Below are positions 25,339-39,959 of a DNA stretch of 64,000 nt, piece by piece (position 1 is the first letter of the stretch; each line of letters begins with the position of its first letter). A program made the translations under genes and the position numbers. The DNA lies in assembly GCA_951406725.2 (NCBI GenBank), contig OX597817.1, forward strand, positions 119,412,001 to 119,476,000, written 5' to 3'. This DNA is from Octopus vulgaris. Lineage: Eukaryota. The notes below the pieces were generated by a model that was not told the DNA's origin, did not search any database, and worked only from the letters and a program-made list of their open reading frames with translations.

Positions 25339-26594
25339 GTTTTGTTATCTTCTCTCAATCTCAGCAGTATAGAAAATGCTGAAGAAGAGCTTTTGCATTT
25401 TAAATATTATGATAAATCATTAAGTGGACTTTTAACTTTACAGCAAAATTCCTACAACAATAATTAATTGTTAATGCATTAACAGTGTTTGTATTATAAC
25501 TAATATCTAATTAGAAATCATTATAATATAAAAGTCATTATTTTGATTGTGCTATAGATTGAGTTAGTTTCTCTGTGTATGTAAATTTTGATATCATACA
25601 ATAACAGTCCAATGTTATGGAGTAATATTCTTCTACTTAAATAGAGAGGAAAGTGATTTGATTTGCTAGACTAATTATCAGAATAAATTACAATGTCTTT
25701 GGGAAATACACATTTTCATAGCAACTCAAAAGTGAAATAATTTATTAAATCCTTTCTAAGCCATTACAATTGATTGTTGCATCTACAAAATATCCTCACA
25801 TTATTTAAACACATCTATTTCAATTTAATCATTTCTTTGTTTTTTTTTTAATATTTTCTCTGTTGTAACTCTCTTGTTACTTCAGTTTCCTTTAAAGTAC
25901 AGCATAACAATTTTATATTCACTGGACACAGCCCCATCTCCTAATATTTGCATTCTAATACATTCAGTTCTCAGTATTTCCACAAACATTACTATTTTAT
26001 TTCTCAGCACACACACATCAACATTGAAACATATATTACTTACTAACCACGCTACTTGCAATCATTTTACGTTTAATATTGTTTTATACAATTTTCATTT
26101 TCTTTACACTATGAAATAAATAAACTATCTTACATAATAATTTCATATGAACTTTTGACACCATATGATCTGAATGTTTCCTGTTAAAAATATTCTGACA
26201 CTATCAAAGCAGACTTTCACCTAAATTGTCTTGTGAATTTCTAGTTTAATGTTTTAACTGTTTTTACATCCATTTCCACCATAGTTACATGAGAGAGAAT
26301 GTGTTTTGTAGGAGAAACTAATTTTTACAGCTGGATGCATTATTTATTTGATCACAAAGTGGGAGGGGAAACGTATTTTGTGCATCAGGTAAACTTGAGA
26401 AAGTGAACTTAATTATGTGTCTAGTATAGGGTTGAAATGCAATGCAATCCAGCATTTTGCTTTGCAATAACTGTTTTTCTCATACAAAATATGGAAGATG
26501 AAATGCAAGATACAAAATTAATCATGTACTACATCGGAAAAAATATTCTTGAATGATTTTTTTTTTTTTAAATTGTGATATTTGCAATCTGTCT

Positions 26595-27000
26595 TTATCT
26601 TTTATTTGTTTCAGTCATTTGACTGTGGCCATGCTGGGGTACCACCTTGAAGAATTTTTAGCTGAATGAATTTAGTTGAATGAATTGTACTTATTTTCTC
26701 TTTTAGGTCTGGTATTTATTCTGTCAATCTCTTTTGCTGAACTACTGTGTTATAGGGGCATAAATACAACAATACTGGTTGTCAAATGGTGGTGAGGACA
26801 AGTACAAACACAAAGACACACACACACACACACACACATGCACAAACGATGGGTTCCTTTCAGTTTACATCTACCAAATCCACTCACAAGGCTTTGGTCA
26901 GCCTGTTGCTATAAAAGAAGACCCTTGCCCAAGGTTACATGCAGTGGTACTGAACCTGGAACCATGTGATTGAGAAGCTAACTTCTTACCACACAGCCAT
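26595..27000 (-). mobile_element. SINE family A, full length
   Basis: tttcagtcatttgactgtggccatgctggggtaccacc..ctaccaaatccactcacaaggctttggtc..cttcttaccacacagcca. Confidence 0.9.
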
Positions 27001-28055
27001 ATTTCTAAACTGTTTAAATAAAGTACCTATTTCAATCTAAAACAAAGCAAATGATATAACATACTATACTATAGTAAGTATAATAGTTACATTTATTTGA
27101 AAGTAAAATAGAAAACAAATCATTTTTATTTATCAACACAAATCAACTAATTTTACAGCACTAATTTTCCTTTACAATCTCATATATTTACTTAGGAAGT
27201 CATACATCACATCAGCAAATATAGGAAGGTTATGCTTCACTAAGTTCAGAATAAGACTAAAACATGTCATCTGAAATAGTCCTGTCATCATGATTGGAAA
27301 ATGAAAACATATTAATCATTGACAAATATTGTTCTTTTCCCCTTGTATATTTATTTTTAATTAGTTTATTAATAATGTTTCAACCATTAAATTGGTTAAC
27401 ACTAACCTACTGTGAAAATAAATTAGTATATGGTTTGTTTTGGATATGAAATTTAAAGAGAGAAGTAAACTTAAAATTTATTCATTCATAAATTCTAATT
27501 AATAAAAAAAAAACACAAAACAAGCAATTTTCATTAACAAGGTTAATAGGTTTTACACCAAACTATCTCTCCTGAGTTAGTATGTGACAAGATTTTAACA
27601 ATTTAACAGAGGGAACAAATTTACTAAACATAATTACCTATTCTGAAATAATCAGTTTTGAAATTGATATATAATCTAATAGGTAATACGCACACACACA
27701 CATACAAATACATACATACAAACACAAACAGAATGAAAAGAAGCATTCAGGGAAAATGAACATAAAAGAAAAGGGACGGTGATCAATCTTAAGTCATTAG
27801 TGAATAATATAAATAGGTAAAGCGAAAAAGAATGCCATTTTTCTCTATTAATAATATCTTTAAAAAGTATCAATTGAAAATAACCACCAAAGAATGCTTC
27901 AATGGGTATTACTCCTTAACTTCTAAGTCAAGAACTTCATCATTTTCTTAATGACATACTACAATGCAATTTTCTGAGCAGAAAATGAAAATATTGTATG
28001 CACTAACCAAGCAGTACACTAATGAATGAGTGCATGCATGTGTGCATGTGAAGGT

Positions 28056-28058
28056 GAG

Positions 28059-28119
<61 letters not shown>

Positions 28120-28140
28120 TGGTGGGTGTGTGTGTGTGTA
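28056..28140. repeat. Compound (GATA)n(GA)n(TG)n microsatellite
   Basis: Direct inspection. Confidence 0.9.
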
Positions 28141-28934
28141 TTGGCAACTTTTGTTTTAGTTTTTAGATAAAAAGGAAAAAACAGTACTGTTGATTAATGA
28201 AGACACTTTTAACAAGGCATGAAGATAATCAGTTTTGTGGGAATAAATTAACACCTATACTAACATATTCATAAAACAATGAAAAACTTAACAAAAAAAT
28301 TGGACTTAATTTATATATGCAATCAAACAGAATTTGAGCATAGTTAATAACATACATTTCTATAACAAATTGTGATGAATTGACACCTCCTTGCAATTGT
28401 ACTCACTCCATAATAATATGTTATTATTTCCTTACATGTCTAACTAGACTTAAAATATCAAAAATCAATGAATGCATAGAAAGATAAATGCACATATGTA
28501 CACCATACATAATTTTTTAAATGCATCATGTGCATACATCATTATAGTAAATGCCTGATATAGTCACAGAGAGTTTCATGAAGACATTAAAAATCACATA
28601 TTACTAACAACTTAAAATTTCAAGCCAAACTTTCAAGCTTGAAGAATTAATAATATAATCAAATCAACTTGTAGCAACTTCGTAACATAAAATTACCAGA
28701 GAAAAATACAACCAGCTGTATAATATGACAGCCAGCAGAATGTGTGACTTTATATGAATAGAGTATGGACAGATAAAAATATATTTTGGTGTATTTAGTT
28801 GGTTTCAAATGCACCGAGGTGTGTTCAAGTGAAGTTAGTAATGAGTATAGTTATGAACTACTGTGACTTCTTCATGTGAAATAAGTGATATTCTACAGCA
28901 CATGACAAAAATAATTTAATTATATCAATTTATG

Positions 28935-29080
28935 CATTCATTTCAGATCCCAAAAAGGAAATTCTGGTTTTCAGCCTTCAGGGGTTGATAAAAGCAAGTA
29001 CATAGGAAGCACTTGAATTTGCTAAAACAGCTATATCTTTCTCCAAACATTTTGGCATTATGCCCCTGTTAGAAATCATG
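28935..29080 (+). mobile_element. Degraded family D fragment
   Basis: ttttcagccttcaggggttgataaaagcaagtac..ttttggcattatgccc..ttagaaatc. Confidence 0.5.
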
Positions 29081-31881
29081 TTTACCATTGTAAAGAAAAG
29101 GAGAATAAAAAGCGGGAAAGGAGTAGGAAGATAATATAAATTTTCTTTAGTTTGAATAGATTTTTTAGCTTACATTGTGTAGTTCTGATAATTTAGAAAT
29201 TTGCATAAATTGTTGGAGAATAAAAAAAATGCAATACAAAAGATATAAGGAAACAAACAAGAGTAAAATATTTTGTTCTCATGTTACAATGCAAACAATA
29301 CAGATTTTTTAAATGTAAGTTTCTAGCTTCCAGCATGATTTTGGCATACAGTCAGGCCATCCTTAAGTACTTATTTTAATGATAGCCATCATCATTGTTA
29401 ATGGTACAATCTAGTTAAACTAAATGACAAGATTTTTTGCACTACTTTACTTCTCAGGACAAATACTGAAGATTTCCACATCAACCCCTAAAGAGAAAAA
29501 TAATTCATAATCCTACATATGAGTATTTGTGATATGTGTGTGTGTGAATCAAATGGTGGTGTTACCAGATTTTCAGGCCTTTCTAGCAACATCAATTCAA
29601 GAAAGTGCTTAATATGTTTTCTAGATTTTGTTTCTTTGATTTTGTGAGCGAGTGTTTTAACTTCCTTACATTTGCATAATTGATTTTTCTCTTCATTCAT
29701 TCCCCAATCTTTCAATTTTATTCTACAGTTCATATTTCAATGAAGACATTCATTGTCACATCATACTTTCAATGGCTTCACAGTTCAGTATCCATTATGA
29801 AAACACCAATACTATGTGCACAATGTTGTTAGCAAAGAAATAGATTTTTTAAACCATTTCAGTGAGACAAAATGTACAGTAACAACTCAATCATATCATC
29901 TTTACATGTATTTGTTCCTTTTTTTTTTTTATAGTGTATCAGATACTATTTGATGGATATCATAAACATTGGAATGAAAAATATATATTTAAAAAAATAT
30001 AACTTACAATATCATGTGTAAAAACTGATGGTTATAGACACCAAATAAACAGAAACTGTTTCATATTTTAAAGAGTGAAAAAATATTAATGGACAAAATG
30101 AAATCTTAACTATTGAAGCTGAGATTGTAGATCATTTATCAAATCGTAATAGAAGAGTACTTTTTATCATTTTTTTTCAAGAAAGCATAGTTACTGATAT
30201 GTACTTAAAAAAGACTTGTCGACAGGAAAGATAAAAAGACTTGTGTAGAATAGAACAAACTGAAAAGAGGTAATAGACTGATAAACTAATACAGTGTATA
30301 TTATTACAATATATGGAAAATTCTACAGCTAACAATAATAATGAATAATTTTAAGATCATTATAAAGGTAATGTTTGCAAAAATGATTACGATGAGGACA
30401 GTCATTTCACATTAGTGAAATGGAAATAGAAACATTAAGTTATTAAGCAATCTAAGTGATCAGGTTTATACTAGAGGAAACTGATTATTTTTTTTTTGTT
30501 GTTGTTGCATTTAATTATATTGTATAGTTCTATGCTGGCACATGCAAATATACATAAGTACAAAACTTAGTATATGCAAACTATTAGAACATTTAGTATT
30601 CAAATATTTCTTTAAAATTTCACCTGTTGAGGTCCCAATTGAAACTATAATTTCTTCTATAATACTATTGACAAAAACTGAATATATTAATAAATGTCTG
30701 CTAATGATATTGACAATAATGACGAAAAGATGGCAAAGAAGTAAAAAGATGATGATTGTGATGATGACAGAAAAATAATTTATTTCAATGGAAAGAGAAC
30801 TTTGATGTCACTCAATAGATTTCAGTAATAACTTTACTATTAAGGGAAAAAAAATGTCACATCAAATCAAGCAAAAGCTTTTATGTAGAATGGATGAGCA
30901 TTAGAGTCAAGAAAGAACAGAAAGAAAAGATAAAATGTGAACAAAAAAAAATAAATAGAATGCAAAAATCAAGGAACTGACAGGCTATTAGAGATGAGAT
31001 TATGATGTAAATGTCTAAATATGATTAATATTTGTCATTATTATACAAACCATTGATCATAATGTTGTACCCAGAGACACCAATATGTACAAGCATGAGA
31101 AGGTGTTTTATGTTGAGAGAGAGAGAGAGAGAGAGAGAAATGTCACAGATGGCTTCAAAAATTTGTAACAAATAATTGCTTCTGATATAAAAAAGACAGA
31201 CCCTGTTGCACTGGAGAATTACCAAAAAATACAGCTTTAAACTTGATGCCAATAAATGTGATATGAAATTAAGATTAGAGAGAGTAAAAGAAAGAGAAAG
31301 AATACTTTCAACCCCCTCCTCAACCAAAAATGGTAGAGATGATGAAATCATACATGGTACCAATAAACAGAAAATAAAATCCCAATATTGCCTTATAGAA
31401 ATACATATTAGTTTTAATGTCACTATCGCATGATATTATTTCAGAAATGATAATAACATCTTGAAGTAAAAGAAAAAGTGAACATTATTTCTAAACCTTT
31501 TTATTTATAATTTCATCAAAAGTCAACAATATTTTTATACATTGCCTCTTCTAAGTTTAATTAAATAATTTATGCCTAAATGCATCAAATATTTCCTAAA
31601 AACAAATTAATTCTTATTTTATAACATTATATACAGTAATTATATAAAGACGATTGCAAAACAAAACTGATAAGAAATTTGCAAATAAGTTTGAATTAGA
31701 ATAATTAAGTTAACTGCAAATATTATATGTTGATACAGAAATGAAACAAAAGTGCAAGAATCAGTTCATCAAAATCTATATATTCATTATTCTAAAAGTT
31801 ATCATACCTATCTACTAAATGCAACATATATTTTATAATAACAAGAAATACAAGAAATTCAATAATCCCAATATTCTGTAG

Positions 31882-32097
31882 CTTTTAATTTGTACTTGTT
31901 TCAGTCATTAAATTGTGGACATGCTGGGGCACCACCTTTGATCTTTTTTTTTTTTTTGTAGTCAAGTGAATCAGTCCCAGTATTTATTTTTTTCTTTTGA
32001 GTTTGGTTCTTATTTATTCTACCAGTAACTACCTGCTAAGTTATGAATGTAAACACACCACCACCAGTTGTCAAGCAGTGATGGGACACAAGCATGG

Positions 32098-32128
<31 letters not shown>

Positions 32129-32133
32129 GTCAG

Positions 32134-32164
<31 letters not shown>

Positions 32165-32313
32165 TGAAAAGTTTATTTCAGTTTCCATCTACCAAATCCA
32201 CTCACAAGGCTATGGTCAACCTGAGGCTATAGTAGGAGACACTTGCTGTGGGGCTGAACCCAGAACCATGTAGTTAGAAAGCAAGCTTCTTACCACAAAG
32301 CCATGCCTGCACC
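31882..32313 (-). mobile_element. SINE family A, full length
   Basis: tacttgtttcagtcatt..catgctggggcaccacc..ctaccaaatccactcacaagg..gcaagcttcttaccacaaagccatgcctgcacc. Confidence 0.9.
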
Positions 32314-32847
32314 TATAAATATGCTCATTTTCATATCGAATTACTTTAATTCACCATATGGGACATTAAAACTTCATTAGACTAGGTGAGGTTCTGTCAG
32401 CTACAATAGATTTTCTCCTGCAACTGATATGATACTGGATGTGGTGATAGCGATGACAGTGAAGATGAACCAGTGATCAGATCATTGGAACTGTATTTGA
32501 TTATAAGTATCACACAATATTGTTCATAAAAGAGGGTAATAAAAAATAAAGACTGGCAGTGAATGCAATTACTATAAGGATGATGAAGGTAATAGAAGTC
32601 AATGAAATGAACATTCTGTTCCATATAATAGATTGTTACCAGATTGCTGAGGTAGATAAATACACAAGTTGGTAGTAATAAATTTTGGTTTATAAGTAAT
32701 CAGAATTAAGAGACATAAGAATTTCTAAGATTTCTCTCCTTTGCTTTTAGTGATATTGTGCCACTGACATTACCATTACAAATAGAAAGGTTAAATAATT
32801 ATTATTCAACAACATTAGTAAATTATCTTGCATTTTTTGGAAGTTAT

Positions 32848-33045
32848 TTATTGTTTAAACTCAGACCAGCTCTAACTAAGGAGGCCTATACTTAAATATG
32901 TTTCAGCATTCACCATGTCATCCCTATGTCTATATTATTCAATGTGCCCTTTCTTTTTTTAAACCAAAAGGGTGTAATCTGATGAAGATTTGGGTACTAT
33001 TTCTATCAAGTCAAAATTGAAATTGTTTTCAAGATACCTTCATCA
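32848..33045 (+). repeat. Unclassified interspersed family E copy
   Basis: ttgtttaaactcagaccagctcta..ggcctata..gggtgtaatctgatgaagatttgggtactatttctatcaagtc. Confidence 0.55.
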
Positions 33046-33344
33046 ATTTTATGCTTGATTTTGTCACAGATATCCATGAAGAAAAATCTTCAAACCCCTA
33101 CTCTATTTATTTCCTGGTGTACTTTTGCATAAGACAAATCCTATTTTCATGGAAGAACAATGTATATTTTGGGGGAAAACAAATTCAATATGGCTCATCA
33201 TACACTCAGTACCCTATCTGTTGTATGGTCAGATTAGACAGATGCCAATATTTTGTTACATTTAAGAATAAAAGGAGTATGTCTTATACATCAGTATATA
33301 TGGTATTTACCATTCTGCATCACTCGTTATGGCTACAAGGAATA

Positions 33345-33550
33345 GCAGCAAGCTGGCTGAATTCTTAACACAATGGAAAATATGTTTAGTGGCATTACAT
33401 TCTGAGTTCAAATTCTGCCATGGTCAACTTTGCTAGTCATCCTTTCAGGATCAACAAAATAAATATCATCCAAGTAATGGAATTGATGAAATCAACTAGC
33501 CCCACCCCCCGCCTCCTACCAAAATTCAGGCCATGTACCTATAATAGAAA
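33345..33550 (+). mobile_element. Short interspersed family D
   Basis: agctggctgaattcttaaca..cattctgagttcaaattctgccatggtcaactttgctagtcatcctttcagg..aaattcaggccatgtacctataatagaaa. Confidence 0.75.
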
Positions 33551-36500
33551 GTGGAAAGAATTATGGCTACAGAATACGCCAAACATTTGTTTATTGTTAT
33601 TTAATATTTAAAATTATTAACTGTAGATTGTAGCATAAACTGCAATAACAAAAAAATGTATACACTCAGAATTACAATTACTGTAGGTACAAGGTCTAGA
33701 CAAGCATCTGCAGCTAGCAAGCCATGCTACTCCAGACTGATAACAAGCAAGACTCAGAAACTATTCTCTGGATGCAGGTTTAGCTGGATGGTGGTGCTTG
33801 TTGCCCCCTTGTAAACATAAGGACACAGGAAATGTGTCAAGGCTGACTTCCTAGGGCTAAATAGCGGTGGTGTGATTCCCTTTATGGGACTGTCACATTA
33901 AGTTGACAGTATACAACTGCTCTAGCGTACCACCACTGCTTATATCTCTCTGAGATATTTAGAAATATAATATTTCTAATTTTAATTTCGTTCTTTCATA
34001 TTTACAGGGTTTTAATGTTTTGAAATATTTGAGAATTAGCAGGAAGTTTGTAACAGCTGAGTTTGTTCAGAGATTCCTATTTGAAAACTATTAGGAGTAA
34101 AATGCAAAGAGTCCAAGTAAAAACACAATATAATACTTATAGATAAGTTTGAACATACAACTTTTCGATTAACATTTCAGCACCTTCAACACTTTGAAGT
34201 CTGATGATTCATAAAACAATGAACCGAAGAAGATTTTATATGAATAACACTATTCTTTACATTTCAAATGTTTTACATTAATGTTTGCTCTGCTGAGCAA
34301 CCATCATAAACATTTTAAAATATTTCAAGCTCTTTTTAATAACTCATGAACTTCTAAAATATCACTTTTTTAAAAAAAAATTATTTATTCTGTCAAGAAA
34401 TATGTCAAGTGTGTAAACGTTATCTCATGCAAAAAGAGAAAGACTGAAACTTCCTGATTCTTTTAGGTACTCAATCTATAGATAAATAATCTTTTTCATT
34501 TTTTTAGGCATCACCAGATATAGTATAGTATTGTCAAACAATTTAACAAATTTAAAATCTTTGATTTTGGTGCAGTACCAATTTGTATAACTCAGATGGA
34601 AATTTACGGTACTGCAGAGTTCTGAAAATCACTTAAATTTCCAGTAAAGAATGGTATTAGTTAAAGGTTATTCGCTCTTGAGTAGTCATGTATGTAGTAC
34701 AATTGATGTTTGGAAGGAATCTACAATTAACTTTGTTTCTTGAAGATGAAATATGATTCAGTAATACTCCATACAATAATATTTTTGCTTACTCAAAATA
34801 TAAGCTGGAATTAAATTTCTAAATCAGTCAGGTCAATATTGATTGATTTTTTTTTTTTTCCTATTTTGTAATTTTAGTCTTGTAATATTCTGTATGATTT
34901 AAATAAATAGCCTAGAGGTATATTTTTAAAATTGTTCAGCATGTACAGGAAATTGTAATATATCAGCAGGAAATTGGGACAGAAGGATTTAAAGTTAATG
35001 CATACTAGCAGGAAATCGGGTTATAATATGTCTATTACTATGATCAGGTACTACATAACTGAGAAAGCTAGACACAGCATCAGGAAATCCGGTTATATCA
35101 ACCAGAAAGTAGAATAGATAAAACTGACTTATTTAAATAGAAGATTGATTATTTACTTTCCATTATACAAACTTAACTAAACAGATTTCTCACCCATACT
35201 GCAAAGTAAAGACATATTTTGCTTTAAAGAATCAAACAGAACAGTTGGAATTCATCACCATTATTTTCATCTTTATCATATCATCATCAGCATCACCTTG
35301 ATTATCATATTATCACCATTATTTTTGTTTCTTCATTCTTGCTATTTTAATGTTAATTTTTCGATGCTGGCAGGTGTCCAAAAGGTCTGTCATTCAGAGC
35401 TTGCCATTCTAAATTAATATGTTTTGATTTTAATAATGTTTAACAATAGTGAAAGACGATTATTAGCAATGGTTTTTTTGCAATATCCTTACTAACGACC
35501 ACTATCTTCCTATCTCTCAAAAGAATAGAACTAATTCTTTAAATGCTTAAGATTAAAAATAGAGAGAGCAGGGAGAACATAAAAGCATCATTTCTATTTC
35601 AGTCACCAAGTTTTTATGGTTTAACATAAATATGAGGGGCTCTAAAACTGTTGGGGAAAGAAGAAGAAACCATGTCTAAACTTATTGATGACTACTAAAC
35701 ACTATTTCAGTTCCTGTAAGTATTCCAACTTCAAAAGATATGCTAGCTAAGAGCTCAAACACAAACTGGAGGGAAATATATGCTTGCATATTTAATGAGT
35801 ATCAAATGTTTACTTTCATAAATTATTGGGGAGTATTTCAAATTATTAGGACCTGAAAACTTTGAGAGATGTAACTGCTATGATTTTTAGACAATATACC
35901 AAATAAACAACAGGGCAAATGTTACACCATAGTTTGTAATAACCCTCTTCTATTTAAAGCATATAATGTTGCTTCTTTTACCTATCTAGTTGATATACAG
36001 ATTTAGTCTTAATTTACAGTTGGTTAGTTTAGTTAGGATTAGGTTAGTCATGTAGTTATAAAAACAACTTGTATAACCATTATCAAACAGTCATTTTTCT
36101 GTGAAACATTCCACCCACATAAGCAAGGAAATAGGAAAATTAATAATATTAGTAAAATACTGTCTAAAATAAATATGTAGAACCACAGAATGATGTTATT
36201 CTTCTACAGAAATGACCATATGTATTTAGTGTGATTTATATCACCAGAACAATCTGTACTACTTTAGTGAATCAAAGAAATCAGTGGAGACTGGCAATAC
36301 TGTGGAGCCAGTCAGATTTACTTGACTGTTCTATATCTGATACTATTTCTACCAGAACAATCTTGTAATATATTCAATTGTGGCTTATTTGAAATACATG
36401 ATCAACCATGCAGAGGAAAGTACAGTTTGGCTCTTATCAGTAACCAACCACACAGCTGAGATTTTGTCCAACAAGAATGCAATTAGTTGATTCTTCTAAT

Positions 36501-37456
36501 GATGCATAACAAGCCAATTGAGGCTAGATATGGGAGGATCTGCAATATCTGTATTTTAAACAGATATTTTATATGAAATTTTTTCAAAAATTATTTAAAA
36601 AATAACAAGTACTATTTTTGCTTATAATAGTGAGTGAGAAATGTGTTATGGCAAAATTCATTAAAAAAATTTTTTTTCATCTCATTTCAGTTAATGATGT
36701 GATTAAAAATACATAAGATAGCATAACATATGCTACAGTGATTTCATGATGGTAAAACTGGAATTTTCTTTTTGACCATGCCACTATTTTAACTAATATC
36801 TTCATTTTTCAGTATGCAATTCTGCTAATATTATCACTTGGATTCCTTTCAGAAGAATTTTGTCTCCAAAATTAGTCTCTCTATTAAATACCAACATAGG
36901 ATCAAATGCACTTGATTTAATTTAACTAGAGGAATTATGAACACATCTGCTCCTTCTTTTCCAACAACCTTGTGGATTTCATTCTTTACTCATTACATAT
37001 GGTTATTGATGAAGGAAAAGCATGACCACAATCGTTTATAAGAAAATACCATCACAATAAGAATTCTGGGATTTTATCCTTTTAAACATAAAATCAATTT
37101 TATGTTCCTTAATTAAAGAGTCTATTTTCTAAACTTAAAAACAAAATCCTTTAATTTTGCTATGCAGAAAATTGCTCAAATCTTCAAGCAAGGTAATAAA
37201 TCAAAATAAGAAGCCTATCAAAGTACATGAAGCACAGTTTGAATGCAAGATGGAAAGACTCTATAACACAATTTTTATGTTGGAAAAGAAATCCCATTTA
37301 CTTCACCTACAGAATTAACATTTTCACAAGTTAAAAAGAAAAAAAATTAATACATTTTGTTTTCTTAAAATCTTACTCCCTGTTTTATAAATCTCATACA
37401 GAGTCTGCTATCCTGTCACCATATGGCATCGTGAGCAGTTTGCATCATATCATTAA

Positions 37457-37844
37457 GTAGCAGTATCGCCTGGCATTGCTCAGGTTTGTTTCAACCTTTT
37501 AGAATTGGAATTTTTGAAAAGTAAAAATTTTGCATTATGTAGCTTGTAATTTTCTGTAAGTGAACATTTTTCTGGTTGAAATACACCGAAAAATGGTGAC
37601 ACAGAAGTAAAAAAATTGTAAAGTATAGGGATTTTCATGGAGAAAAAGCACCTTTTTAATGTAAATAATTTTTGGTCTTAACATGGTCTGATTTGAATTT
37701 TATCTCCTATAGAATGAAGAGCAAGCCTTCTTCTATCATACTCTCAATTTTGGTCAACTTGTGCCGCAGGGTCTCAGAGGAGATAGTGTTAGCTGAAGGC
37801 TACCAAACCTGCCACACACAGACAACTTCAGCTTTATATATAGA
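37457..37844 (-). mobile_element. Non-autonomous Helitron-like element, ~388 bp
   Basis: Minus strand reads A|TCTATATATAAAGCTGAAGTTGTCTGTGTGTG ... subterminal hairpin cctgagcaatgccagg, then cgatactgCTAC|T (CTAG with one substitution); inserted between A and T with no TSD. Confidence 0.7.
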
Positions 37845-39444
37845 TTATTTATAGAGCTAAAACTCGGATTGTCTAACTTACAAGCCGTAAATGAATTTCA
37901 ACTTAATTCTCAAGTAGTTTAGTACTCTGGTCTGCAAGTTAAAATTCTGCCACAGTTGTAAGTGTAATGGCAGCATAACTGAATGCTTCATGAGTTTGCA
38001 ATAATGTCTACAAGTCCTCCTACATATGGCCAGAAGAGAAGAAGCGAAATAGAGGCTGATGGTTTAAAAGTCAACATTAAGTAAATGATTCAATCATCTT
38101 CATAAAAAGATGTTAAATAAGAAAGGAAGAATGAAACATTTGCTTGGATTTCAAAGGAACATGATATAATATTTACAAGTAATTATATATTATTAATCCA
38201 AGCCTTTAATCCAGAAATCAACAAAGTGCAATAATTTAAAAGTAATCTCTAGTGTTCAGGAGAGCAGATTCTACATAAATTCAAAATTTATTGCAATATT
38301 CTGGAATTATATGTCACAGGTTAGTGGAAGCTGAAATATGCTATGATTTAGAACGTAAATGTTACAGCTATTTTCTACAAGGGAAATGGCATGTATGAAT
38401 ATTCAACAACAATCCCTTATTCTTCTTGCATGATGTATAATGTGAAAGATGAAAATCCAATATATTTTGCATAAAATTTCTCAAGGGTTTCATTAATTTG
38501 CATTAAAGTGATAAAGTTTAAGTCATTATATGTAAGTATTATGAAAGAAAATCTGAAATATCTATAATATTTTTATGGTGATTGGTTATCTAATGTACTA
38601 GCTATAAAGGAACCTGAGTAGAATGAAAATCTGTTGAATTTTGCCTTTTATCAGTTCTTGAGTAATGAATACCTATGCTGAGCATGTCGAGAAAGAAAAA
38701 TACTACAATATGTTCTGCTTTTAGTAAGAACAAGAGAAATTCAAATGATTTCATTGTAAAATTTATTTGTATGTTCAGCACACATATACTCCATAAAATG
38801 GAAGGATTACATAAGTGCTAAATTTCCCTAAAATAAGAATATTCTTGGATGGATGGATGGATATGGGAGTAGACTGCAAGGGAGATGCATAAGCTGAGGG
38901 ACAGAGCCAGGGCTACATGAAGCAGGAAATGGTGAGAGACAAGCAGAAGTAATGAATGGAAAGGCTGTCACTTGCAAGAAGAAGCAGAGGAAAGGGAAAG
39001 AGCAAGTAAGAAGTATTCTGTGGAAAATAAGGTGTTAAGAGATGACAATGAGAATGCATGATGAAAGGGAAGTGGATCCCAGGAGTGTAAGTAGGAAGAG
39101 GAGGAAATATATGCAGTTCACTCTTGGAATAACAAGCAAATAGTCAATAGTTCTTGTTGTCATCATATGGTGCTCATAGTAGGCCAGCTAATTTGGATTT
39201 AGGTTGAAATCTACAACACCCTCCTCCTCTTTTCTCTCAGTGGAGGCACTTTTGGAATTGTACAGTACAGCAGAATCGGGAATTTATGACTTCAAAGAAG
39301 GGAATTTAGTAGAGAGCACAAGCCCCAAGTGTCAGTGTGTGATACTTGGGTCAGGTGTCTTCAACAACATATGATATATTTATCAAATACATATATATAT
39401 GTATCTAATTAAATAGAAGTATATGTTACACACACACAGATATA

Positions 39445-39621
39445 TGATTGACCACTAAATCCACAAGTTTTTTATTCCTTCTCTGTTTAATTCCTCGTGT
39501 TCCTTTGTGTTAAAGAGTGTAGGCTCAAAACATAGACTTTATCACCTTCCCAAGTATCAAACTAATACACCCACTTGTTATTTATACACCTGTCTTCGTC
39601 TATTGTTTTTCTGTAAATTTC

Positions 39622-39668
<47 letters not shown>
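39445..39668 (+). repeat. Probable Penelope-like terminal-repeat remnant running into (TA)n
   Basis: aagagtgtaggctcaaaac resembles a decayed GAAGAG-stem-CTCGAAAC core; ends tttctgtaaatttcaac(ta)n; classification inferred. Confidence 0.4.
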
Positions 39669-39672
<4 letters not shown>

Positions 39673-39959
39673 CACATATATGTATTGTTTGCATAATGTG
39701 AGTTATGAAGCACAAAATTCAACAAACAGTATTCAGAACTCCATCTGTTTAATAATGCATCTAAAAAGAAAGTTGTGAAAGTGTAGCAAATCTATTTCAA
39801 TTTTCTTTCAGCTTCTCTCTGTAGTAACAAAAATCACAGTGTACACACATAAATAAAGAGAGAGAAAGAGAGGGTGAGATGGTTCTGAAATTATTTGTCA
39901 TTCTTACATGCATTTCAGTGGTGGTTGTAAAGCTGAATTATATAAAATCTCAATAACAA

